A stretch of DNA of 32,000 nucleotides from Thermoproteus tenax Kra 1. Lineage in GTDB: Archaea; Thermoproteota; Thermoprotei; Thermoproteales; Thermoproteaceae. Below the pieces are notes generated by a model. It was not told the origin of the DNA. It worked only from the letters and a program-made list of their open reading frames with translations, and did no database searches. The DNA lies in the NCBI RefSeq assembly GCF_000253055.1, contig NC_016070.1, positions 450,001 through 482,000 of the forward strand, given 5' to 3'. The position numbers and the translations under genes are program-made. Below are positions 1-7,135 of the stretch, one piece after another; the stretch's first letter is position 1, and every line of letters starts with the position of its first letter.

Positions 1-499
1 CGTACAGCTCGCCGCTCTCCCCGATCTGCAGTAGCTGCCAGCCTGTGCCGTTCAGCTTGAGGACTACCCTCTGTGACACATCGGGATACCAGTCGATCTC
101 CTTGACTTTGACCCACACAGTCTGGAGCCAGCGCATATAGGTAAAATTGACATAGCAAGTCCCTTGGAAGGCCGGCGGCACGACGAGGTTCAAAGTATAC
201 GTCCCGGGGCCCGATAAATAGGGCGGTATACCCAGGGAACAGTTCGTCGCTATATACATATAGGGCCCGTTGACCGCAATCGAGAGGGCGTCTGGGTAGC
301 TCCACGAGCCGTACGGCGAGCTGTACAAGTAGAGCGTCCCATCTCTGATCGCCATGCCGGCGCCCGCGACGTTCAAGCTAACGGAGGCTGGCTCAGTCGC
401 CTTGAACATGCTCCCTCCAGTGGAGGGGGCGGCTATGTAGATGGAGAAGACTAAGAGGGGGAAGAAGGTGATAAAAAAGGCCTTTAGTTTAGCCCTCAC
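1..499 (-). CDS. Hypothetical secreted/cell-surface protein, N-terminal ~166 codons; the C-terminus lies beyond the left window edge
   Basis: An open minus-strand frame runs off the window, so it is absent from the ORF track. The GTG at 499-497 overlaps the TGA stop (498-496) of the upstream gene (GTGA coupling). My translation is MRAKLKAFFITFFPLLVFSIYIAAPSTGGSMFKATEPASVSLNVAG... This has a basic n-region and a hydrophobic core like a signal peptide or anchor. The rest is Gly/Tyr/Asn/Thr-rich beta-type sequence. Confidence 0.5.
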   Translation of the reverse strand, partial: MRAKLKAFFITFFPLLVFSIYIAAPSTGGSMFKATEPASVSLNVAGAGMAIRDGTLYLYSSPYGSWSYPDALSIAVNGPYMYIATNCSLGIPPYLSGPGTYTLNLVVPPAFQGTCYVNFTYMRWLQTVWVKVKEIDWYPDVSQRVVLKLNGTGWQLLQIGESGELY

Positions 500-1092
500 T
501 GAGGCGACATCACTATGTTGATCTGGTAAGTGGCCAATACGGTGTTACCGTTGGCGTACGTAGCGGGCAGAGTTGGATCTACGTCTATATATGCGCCGAG
601 CGTGATACACTGGCCATAGCCGATAGTGCCCAAGTTGGCCGTGCTCTGGACTACGCTGGTGCCTTTGAACTCGACGTACTGTTGAGGATTGGCGCTGTTG
701 TACACCCTGAAGTCGTCCACATAGCTCTCAAGGCCGGTCGAGCCAACTGTGCCGACGGCTTGTAGAGTAACTTGTATATTGCCCTGGTAGTACTTGTTGC
801 AGATCAACAACAAGTTGCTGTAGTTCGTGGGATCGCCCGTGAAGCCTATGATGGATATCCTGGTTATGTTTACGCCGTTGCTGTAGTAGTAGCTCACTTT
901 GGCGAACTGTCCATTGGCGGTTTGTGTGTCCAATCCAGGGTACTTCATGGCGGGAGGCAGAGTGGCGTTTATGACCCAATAGGATACATTAGTGAACGTT
1001 ATCGTCGCCATCGTCAACGCGGCCAGTCCCAGTGCAGCCAGCGCCAGTAGGCCCAGCTTTCCCTTTTCCATGTCCTTCCGCAAGAAGCCCAT
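496..1092 (-). CDS. Hypothetical secreted/cell-surface protein with several N-x-S/T sequons
   Basis: 198-aa ORF. The likely real start is ATG 1071 (MEKGKLGLLALAALGLAALTMA...), because the AT-rich AAAGAATATAT (1093-1103, minus orientation) is about 25 nt upstream of it. It has a signal-peptide-like N-terminus and sequons NVS, NAT, NIT, NYS. The composition is beta-rich and Cys-poor. I recognise no family. Confidence 0.6.
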   Translation of the reverse strand: MGFLRKDMEKGKLGLLALAALGLAALTMATITFTNVSYWVINATLPPAMKYPGLDTQTANGQFAKVSYYYSNGVNITRISIIGFTGDPTNYSNLLLICNKYYQGNIQVTLQAVGTVGSTGLESYVDDFRVYNSANPQQYVEFKGTSVVQSTANLGTIGYGQCITLGAYIDVDPTLPATYANGNTVLATYQINIVMSPQ

Positions 1093-1193
1093 ATATATTC
1101 TTTACGTACCGCTTTTCGGCCGAGCCCCGACTGCTCGTCTGCCCGCAACAGAGGTACAGTCGATCCATACAGCGATGCAGCCGTAGGCGCCGG

Positions 1194-2429
1194 CTATTCC
1201 TCCACTGGCCTCAACAGCTGCACCTCGACCTCCTCCCCCTCGTCGTAGCCCTCTCTATTCTCGGGGACTATTAGGAGTCCGTTCCCTCTGGTCAATGTGG
1301 ACAACACGCCGCTTCCGGTCACAGCCAGAGGCTCAATATACGTCCTGTCCCCGGCCCTATACACGCGGACTCTGGCGTACGTCCTCACGTTTATAGGGGT
1401 GGTCACGCGCCGGGTCAGAACTCCTCTCACAGTGGGGACTGGGTCGGGCCTCCCGCCCACCATTTTGAGGAGCGCAGGCCTTGCGAAGATCTCGAAGCCC
1501 ACTACGGCGGCCACGGGGAAGCCCGAGAGCACCACGACGGGCCTCCCGCGGACTACGGCGGCTCCGTTGGGTCTGCCGGGCCTCGCGGCTATCCCCCTCA
1601 CGTAGAACTCGGCGAGCGCCGAGACGGCCTTGTGCGTTGCATCCGGGTCCCCCACCGAGGCTCCCCCAGTGGTTAAGACTATGTCGTACGTCGAGATAGC
1701 CCTCTCTAGGGCCGACTCGATGGCCTCCACGTCGTCGGGCAGTAGGCCGAGGTATGCCGGCTCTGCCCCCGCCTCCTTCAACAGGCCCCATAGAGCGAAG
1801 CGCGTTGAGTTTATCACTTTGCCAGGCCTGGGCCCTTCCTCCACCTCGACCAGCTCGTCCCCAGTGGACAATATGGCGGCTCTGACCTCGTACACGGGCA
1901 CCCGCGATATGCCGACAGACGCCAACACTCCCAAGTCCCATGGCCTCAGCCTGGTCCCGGCCCTCAATATGCGCTCCCCCCTCGCCACGTCCTCGCCCCT
2001 CCTCGAGACGTAGTAGTACTTGGGCACCGGCCTGTAGATCTCCACTGCCCCCTCCCTCTCGGCCGCCTCCTCGTAGGGCACCACTGCGTCTGCTCCATCG
2101 GGCAGAGGCGTGCCGGTGGCTATCTCCACGGCCTCGCCCTCGCCCACCCTCCCCCGATAGGGCGAGCCAGGCGTGGATCTGCCCACTATCTTTAAGACGG
2201 CGGGGTTCGATCTGGAGGCCCCCGTAGTATCGGCGGATCTCACCGCGTATCCGTCGAAGGCCGCTCTGTCGAACGGAGGGACGTCGACCTCGGCTACTAC
2301 GTCTTGGGCCAGATACTTCCCGAGCGCGTCCTCGAGCTTCACTAACGCCGTGGCCGGCCTGTGAGTCACTCGGGCCAAGAACTCTGAGACGGCCCTATCT
2401 ACGGGCACCAGCGACTTGAACCCCCTCAC
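1194..2429 (-). CDS. moeA: Molybdopterin molybdenumtransferase MoeA
   Basis: 411-aa ORF with MoeA-type motifs (ILSTGDELV, TTGGASVGDPD) and typical length. The start is GTG, with a TATA-like ATTTAATAA (2447-2455, read on the minus strand) about 20-25 nt upstream. Confidence 0.9.
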   Translation of the reverse strand: MRGFKSLVPVDRAVSEFLARVTHRPATALVKLEDALGKYLAQDVVAEVDVPPFDRAAFDGYAVRSADTTGASRSNPAVLKIVGRSTPGSPYRGRVGEGEAVEIATGTPLPDGADAVVPYEEAAEREGAVEIYRPVPKYYYVSRRGEDVARGERILRAGTRLRPWDLGVLASVGISRVPVYEVRAAILSTGDELVEVEEGPRPGKVINSTRFALWGLLKEAGAEPAYLGLLPDDVEAIESALERAISTYDIVLTTGGASVGDPDATHKAVSALAEFYVRGIAARPGRPNGAAVVRGRPVVVLSGFPVAAVVGFEIFARPALLKMVGGRPDPVPTVRGVLTRRVTTPINVRTYARVRVYRAGDRTYIEPLAVTGSGVLSTLTRGNGLLIVPENREGYDEGEEVEVQLLRPVEE

Positions 2430-2565
2430 GGCAGTGTCCTCACTCCAGTTATTAAATGCTATGACTCTCTCCGTCCACCTGCGGAGTTAACGGGTGACCG
2501 CGGCGGACGTTGCGGCGGGACGTCCGGCCTGCTTAAATTCGCCTCAGCCCTAAAGGGCTTGGCTT

Positions 2566-4020
2566 TCAGCTGTACGGCCTCGTCCCCCTCCAGAACTCCT
2601 CCTCTACCTCGGGCGGGAGGTCGTACTCGACGGGATCCCTCACTCCGTTTATCTTGAAGGCCCACCGGCGCATGTAGCAGGGCCCGCATCTGCCGCAGTG
2701 CTTAGGTCCCTTATCGTAGCAACTCCAAGTGAGGTGCAACGGAGCCTTGACCTCGAGCCCTAACTTCACTATCTCGTGTTTGACCAAACCGCCGACAGGC
2801 ATAAGTATCTGAACTCTCCTCTGGGGGCCCGTGGCGTATGGCAGCGCCTTGTTCAAAAGTCTCACGAACTCCATCTCGTTGTCGGGATAGGCGCCTGCCT
2901 CCTCCATATTTATGCCCAAGGCTACGTAGTCGTAGCCCCAAGCCTCGGCGAGTGCCACCGCCAGGGCTATGAAGACGAAGTTCCTCGCGGGCACCCACTC
3001 GTGGGCGAACTCTGCCCCCTCTCTGCCTGCATCTACTCTGTTTATCTCGCCTTGGCCCAGAAGGGGGGATCCGCCGGCCAGCTTGAAGAAGTCCATGTCT
3101 ATCTCTATAAGAGGGACGCCCAAGGCCTTGGAGATCTCCCTCACGGCCCTATCCTCGGGCCCCTCGGCGACATGTCTGTAGTTGAAGTGGAGGAGCGCCA
3201 CCTCATATCCCTGCCTTAAAAGCGCCGTCGCGGCGGTGGTTGAGTCGAGCCCGCCGCTGGCGACCACCAGGACCCTCCTTCCGCCGCTCTTCCTCCAGAG
3301 ACTAACGGTCCGCCACGTCCTATCCACGTCGATCTCGACCGCCGTGTAGGGCTCAAGCCTTTTGACGTAGTTGCCCTCCCACGGCGCGACGTCGCTCTGC
3401 AGATAGTCGTCGGAGCTGGCGAAAAACAGTGCATTCAACTCTTTGTCCCACATATAGTAGAGGGGCTTGAAATTAGCGGCCAGCCAGAGCTTCCCCGGCC
3501 TCGAGGAGTCCAAGATGGCTAGGGCGTAGCTGCCCACTACGACGTCTCTGAGTATCCTCGCGAGGTCCTCCAAAGTGCCGTCCCACAACGTCTCGAGCAG
3601 GGGAGGCAAAATGGCGGTGTCTATCCTCGACCTCCTTCTGAGGCCGTATTTCCTCTCCAGCTCTCCGTCGTTTGCTATCGTGCCGTTGTGGGTCACAGCT
3701 ATCCTCTCCCCGACCATGGGCTGTATATCCTCCTGGCTCTTCTCGGCCACGTGCTCCGTCGTGGGCTCGGCTCTGTCGTTGAAGATGGCCGCCACAGTGT
3801 CGGCAGTTATCATCCTCGGCATATCTCTAAGCGCCTCTGACGCCGATCTTCTGTCCTTATAGGCTCTGAATCTGCCGCCTCTGTCCAGAGCCACAAGCCC
3901 GAAGCTGTCCCTCCCCCTCTCCGAGGCGGCGACTGCTATGGACTTAAGCTTGTCCTCTATTGCGCGGGCCCTCTCGTCGTCCAGATCGCCGAAGATGAGG
4001 ACGCCGCCTATCGAGCACAC
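2566..4020 (-). CDS. GAT-QueC fusion: class-II glutamine amidotransferase domain plus QueC-like PP-loop ATPase, a candidate archaeosine-pathway amidotransferase
   Basis: 484 aa. The N-terminus MCSIGG carries the Cys2 nucleophile of Ntn/class-II amidotransferases. The C-terminal half has VLVVASGGLDSTTAA (SGGxDS PP-loop) and the QueC-type Cys cluster CYDKGPKHCGRCGPCYMRRWAF. GTG start at 4020, with the TATA element GTTTTTAAAG about 25 nt upstream. Confidence 0.85.
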   Translation of the reverse strand: MCSIGGVLIFGDLDDERARAIEDKLKSIAVAASERGRDSFGLVALDRGGRFRAYKDRRSASEALRDMPRMITADTVAAIFNDRAEPTTEHVAEKSQEDIQPMVGERIAVTHNGTIANDGELERKYGLRRRSRIDTAILPPLLETLWDGTLEDLARILRDVVVGSYALAILDSSRPGKLWLAANFKPLYYMWDKELNALFFASSDDYLQSDVAPWEGNYVKRLEPYTAVEIDVDRTWRTVSLWRKSGGRRVLVVASGGLDSTTAATALLRQGYEVALLHFNYRHVAEGPEDRAVREISKALGVPLIEIDMDFFKLAGGSPLLGQGEINRVDAGREGAEFAHEWVPARNFVFIALAVALAEAWGYDYVALGINMEEAGAYPDNEMEFVRLLNKALPYATGPQRRVQILMPVGGLVKHEIVKLGLEVKAPLHLTWSCYDKGPKHCGRCGPCYMRRWAFKINGVRDPVEYDLPPEVEEEFWRGTRPYS

Positions 4021-4050
4021 TAGTGCTGGAGAGTTGCCTCTTTAAAAACA

Positions 4051-4303
4051 TTAAAGTTCGGCGCGGAGAATCTTGGGACAGCGTCCACTCTCAGAGAGCT
4101 TGTAGTAAGTCATGCCTCCCACCGACACTGTAATAACACAGCCCTCCCTCTCCAACACGTAAGTGCCACCTTGCGCTCCCCCAACTGAGGCCTAGCGCCT
4201 TGGCTATCTGCCCCAAGGTCGCCATACCTGTCTCAGAGATGAACTGTATTATGTCGGCCCTCCTGGGATAAGAGATAGCCTTCGCAGACTTAGGCCTAGC
4301 CAT
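4051..4303 (-). pseudogene. Small winged-helix (ArsR/TrmB-like) transcription regulator interrupted by a frameshift near 4153-4156
   Basis: The ORF-track frame (4091..4303) reads ...ADIIQFISETGMATLGQIAKALGLSWGSARWHLRV and then turns into GEGGLCYYSVGGRHDLLQAL. Shifting one nucleotide after CGT G gives LEREGCVITVSVGGMTYYKLSESGRCPKILRAEL, with stop TAA at 4053-4051. That is the canonical HLRxLEREG recognition-helix/wing continuation. The total of 253 nt equals 84 codons plus 1 nt. Confidence 0.7.
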
Positions 4304-4652
4304 AGTGCACCTCCTGCTCGGCCCTCCTCTCCAGCCACCTGGAGAACATTATGAAGAAGACCTCCGCGTTGTGCCTTCCCACCGCCCTCTCCAGCGCGGC
4401 GTACAGCCCCTCCGGCTCCTCCTCGGCGAACTCGGCGAGCCCTCTGCCGAAGAGCCTCCTCAGCCTCACGTCGATGGCGGTGAGGTAGGCTGCGTCGAGG
4501 CTCCTCACGAACTCCGGGAGGAGTCCCGCCTTGAGGGTCAAGGCCATCATGTGCACGCCGTGTGCCCCAGGATAAAAATCCTCCGGAGCGCCGAGAGAAA
4601 CCATCCCATATAAATAACTTACGGAGTTGCGAATAAAAATGGGGGCTACCAC
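4296..4652 (-). CDS. Hypothetical protein, translationally coupled to the wHTH gene
   Basis: 118-aa ORF, more likely starting at ATG 4604 (MVSLGAPEDFYPG..., 102 aa). That start is about 30 nt from the AT-rich element at 4631-4640. Its stop overlaps the wHTH start (ATGGCTAG, 8-nt overlap). I recognise no family. Confidence 0.55.
   Translation of the reverse strand: MVAPIFIRNSVSYLYGMVSLGAPEDFYPGAHGVHMMALTLKAGLLPEFVRSLDAAYLTAIDVRLRRLFGRGLAEFAEEEPEGLYAALERAVGRHNAEVFFIMFSRWLERRAEQEVHYG
4631..4640. promoter_or_regulatory. Shared TATA element for the divergent leaderless genes starting at 4604 (-) and 4659 (+)
   Basis: GAATAAAAAT is the only AT-rich block in the 55-nt gap. It is centred about 31 nt from ATG 4604 and about 23 nt from GTG 4659. 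Confidence 0.5.
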
Positions 4653-4658
4653 GGAGGC

Positions 4659-5240
4659 GTGAGATGTACAATATACTTCGATGGGGCGTGCGAGCCGGTG
4701 AACCCGGGCGGGCTGGGCACCTACGGATTCGTGATATACGGCGAGAATGGCAAAAGGGTCGCCAGAGGCTACGGAGTTGCTTGTAGCGGATCAAGCTGTA
4801 CGAACAACGTGGCGGAGTATACGGCGCTCAGAGAGGCCCTCAAGAGGGCTCTAGAGCTGGGGTGCAGCCAAGTGGTGGTCAAGGGCGACAGCCAACTTGT
4901 GGTGAAACAGATCAGGGGAGAGTGGGGCGTAAACTCGAGCAGGCTCCTCGCTCTGAGAGACGAAGTTGAGGAGCTCCTGGGCAAGTTCGACTCCTGGGAG
5001 ATACAGTGGGTTCCCCGCGAGGAAAATAGAGAGGCGGACGGCCTATCGCAGATAGCCTACGAGCTCCACGCGGCGGAGTACGGCTACGGGAAGGGGGATC
5101 AGACCCAGGAGCTCCTCTCCCAACTCAAGAGGAGCGCCGAGGCTGAGGGCCTCACCTTAGACGAGGCCGCGTCAGTTCTGACGGCCCTCCTCAGGAGGTA
5201 CAAGATCTCCGATCTGAGGGCCCTAGTGGAGGGCGATTGA
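4659..5240 (+). CDS. rnhA: Ribonuclease HI (type 1 RNase H) with a C-terminal tail of about 60 aa
   Basis: GTG start. The sequence shows YFDGAC (Asp), NNVAEYTAL (Glu), KGDSQLVV (Asp) and EENREADGLS (Asp) in the order of the RNase H1 catalytic residues. This resembles the crenarchaeal RNase HI type. Confidence 0.85.
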   Translation: MRCTIYFDGACEPVNPGGLGTYGFVIYGENGKRVARGYGVACSGSSCTNNVAEYTALREALKRALELGCSQVVVKGDSQLVVKQIRGEWGVNSSRLLALRDEVEELLGKFDSWEIQWVPREENREADGLSQIAYELHAAEYGYGKGDQTQELLSQLKRSAEAEGLTLDEAASVLTALLRRYKISDLRALVEGD

Positions 5241-5270
5241 GAATTTATAAACGGGGAGTCCCACAGTGGC

Positions 5271-5867
5271 ATGAGGGCGGTGGTATTTCACGGCAGAGGT
5301 AGCTCGCCCGATAAGGTGGATTGGCTCATATCCCCCCTAGAGAAGTTCGGGCTCAGTGTGTCGGCTCCGCAGATAAAGGACGTGGCCGATGCCTACGAGG
5401 CCGGCGCCTCTCTGCTCCCCCTCGAGGTCGCCGCAGGTCACAGCATGGGCGGCACGGCGGCTCTGCTTCTGGCAGCAAGAAATCCGGGTAAAGTCAAATG
5501 CGTCATCTCAGTCGCAGGCCCCGTGGACAGAAGGCTCCAGCTGCAGTGGCTTGAGAGCAGGGGGGACAAGTTCTCCAAAAGGCTCGCCAACGAGCTGGCC
5601 TCTCTGGGGCACGTGCTCGACGAGACGTCGCCGTCCAGATACATCGGCCCCGGGATGCCCCCGGTGCTCTATATAAGGGGCGAGCGCGACGAGATTGTGC
5701 CGAGGAGCCATGTGGACATCCTAGTGGGCTTGGCCGACAAGTTCAACTTCTATGTCGACGTAGTAGAAATAGCGGGAATGGGGCATACGCCCAAGAGCGA
5801 CGATGAGAAGGAGAAGATAGCCAGAGTAATAACCAACTTCTTGGAGAAACACCTCAGGACACCTTAG
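5271..5867 (+). CDS. Alpha/beta-fold hydrolase (esterase/dienelactone-hydrolase-like)
   Basis: 198 aa. It has the nucleophile elbow GHSMGG, an acidic residue in GERDEIV, and His in GMGHTP near the C-terminus. The TATA element AATTTATAAA (5241-5252) is about 25 nt upstream of the ATG. Confidence 0.7.
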   Translation: MRAVVFHGRGSSPDKVDWLISPLEKFGLSVSAPQIKDVADAYEAGASLLPLEVAAGHSMGGTAALLLAARNPGKVKCVISVAGPVDRRLQLQWLESRGDKFSKRLANELASLGHVLDETSPSRYIGPGMPPVLYIRGERDEIVPRSHVDILVGLADKFNFYVDVVEIAGMGHTPKSDDEKEKIARVITNFLEKHLRTP

Positions 5868-6594
5868 GTATGGCCTCCTTCCCCGTGAGCAGCTTGTTGA
5901 CCCTTCCTCTGTCCACCTTGTAGACGTTAACTGCCACTTCTTTTATCAGCTTGTCCGAGGGCTTGCACCTCTGATATCCCATCTGGAGGCACAGAGTGTA
6001 CTTGTATATCTTCAAATCGTTGGGCCCTCTTATGACGTCGGTGGCGATCAGCTCGGCTATCTTGTACGCAGTATAGAATGCGGCGTAGCGGAGGAACTTC
6101 TCGGACATATCGGAGTACACCGACTCGGCCGTTCTGAGGGACTTGATAAAGAGGGGCTCGTCGAAGAGGCCCAGCACAGTCCCCGTGAAGACGTACCTCA
6201 ACGCTCTAAACACCTTGTCCTCTACGTTCTTCCCCTTTATGTCCGCCACAACCGCCTTTATCTTGTTCTTGGTCTCCTCTGTGAGAACCTCAGTTATGTT
6301 CTTCACTATCTGCAAGAACTCGTGCGCTTTGTTCTCTATATAGAAGATGTCGTCTAAATCGCCGGGAGATATGGCGCCGGCGCCGTAGACCCCCACGAGG
6401 TGCACTGTGGCGAGCTCCTTGTCGTAGATGGACTCAGTTGACAGCCCCCTCAACGGCTCCACGCTCCTCCTTGCGTAGGCCTCCTTGAGCGCCTCTACGG
6501 CGGAGAGCCTGTTGGAAACTTCGCCCTTCAGCGCCTTCTCCAGAACCTCCAGAGCGGCCTCAACTCTGTTACGATGAAGGCGTTTTATCTCCAT
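5854..6594 (-). CDS. Hypothetical alpha-helical protein, possibly a conserved archaeal protein of unknown function
   Basis: 246-aa ORF with no competing ORF. It is Lys/Glu/Ile-rich and visibly less GC-rich than its neighbours. Its start overlaps the rpl10e 3' end by 26 nt on the same strand. Its 3' end overlaps the convergent hydrolase gene by 14 nt. Confidence 0.6.
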   Translation of the reverse strand: MEIKRLHRNRVEAALEVLEKALKGEVSNRLSAVEALKEAYARRSVEPLRGLSTESIYDKELATVHLVGVYGAGAISPGDLDDIFYIENKAHEFLQIVKNITEVLTEETKNKIKAVVADIKGKNVEDKVFRALRYVFTGTVLGLFDEPLFIKSLRTAESVYSDMSEKFLRYAAFYTAYKIAELIATDVIRGPNDLKIYKYTLCLQMGYQRCKPSDKLIKEVAVNVYKVDRGRVNKLLTGKEAIPKVS

Positions 6595-7108
6595 CCTTCG
6601 GCCTCACAATTATTCTTGTCGGTAGCGGCAGTTTGGAGGCCGCTCTCCTCAACGCCTCCTTTATGTGCGGCAGATGCTCCGGCTTAAACTCAAGATACAT
6701 TAGGGTCTGCCCAGCCTCAACTCTGGCGGCTCGGCCGGCGGGGGAGCCGAAGTTCAGCCTCATGCCCTCCTGCAGACGGTCGGCGCCGGCCATAGCCAAC
6801 ATCTTGTTCTCCCTTATGACGTGGTGGGGGTACACCTCCAGCCTGAAGTAGTAGTTTGCGTCTGTAATAGTAGTGGAGAGGTATTTGTAGGCCATCTGGC
6901 GCGCTGCCTCGAGGGCCTGCGCCCTGATCTGGCCCCTCGCCTCCACGATGAGCCTCGCGGTCATAGTGAAGGCTTGTCGGCCAGCTTGCGATGTGTTCCC
7001 CATGTCGAACTTAGGTATCTGGACATATGGGGCTCCGTGGATGTACTTGAGACGCGTGTAGGGAGGCCCCTTTATCCTCCTATAACACCTAGCAGGTCTG
7101 ACGGGCAT
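6569..7108 (-). CDS. rpl10e: 50S ribosomal protein L10e (uL16)
   Basis: MPVRPARCYRRIKGPPYTRLKYIHGAP... is the canonical L10e N-terminus. 179 aa. Confidence 0.95.
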   Translation of the reverse strand: MPVRPARCYRRIKGPPYTRLKYIHGAPYVQIPKFDMGNTSQAGRQAFTMTARLIVEARGQIRAQALEAARQMAYKYLSTTITDANYYFRLEVYPHHVIRENKMLAMAGADRLQEGMRLNFGSPAGRAARVEAGQTLMYLEFKPEHLPHIKEALRRAASKLPLPTRIIVRPKDGDKTPSS

Positions 7109-7125
7109 GGCCTAGAGAGGTGCCG

Positions 7126-7134
7126 TATTTAAAT
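7126..7134. promoter_or_regulatory. TATA box TATTTAAAT upstream of rpl10e; it could also drive a plus-strand RNA
   Basis: This near-palindromic TATA lies 17-26 nt upstream of the rpl10e ATG (7108). It is also about 25-30 nt upstream of the start of the GC-rich element on the plus strand. Confidence 0.6.
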
Positions 7135-7135
7135 C

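Noticed and set aside
2202-2215. T-arm-like string GGGGTTCGATCTGG, with a similar GGGTTCGATCTG on the minus strand near 21165-21182, as possible tRNA genes
   Set aside because: Both lie inside strong protein ORFs (moeA and nreA). Neither has a flanking acceptor, D-arm or anticodon-arm complement. I found no tRNA-like cloverleaf anywhere in the window.
1297-2364. Several 60-190-aa ORFs overlapping moeA (for example 1357..1941 -, 1630..2013 +, 1940..2227 +)
   Set aside because: They are Arg/Pro/Ser/Gly-rich shadow frames of a GC-rich gene and lie entirely inside a well-supported MoeA ORF. The same applies to the many alternate-frame ORFs inside alaS, aglB, hel308, purA and others (for example 10065..11024, 14691..15128, 24309..24951, 28093..28554).
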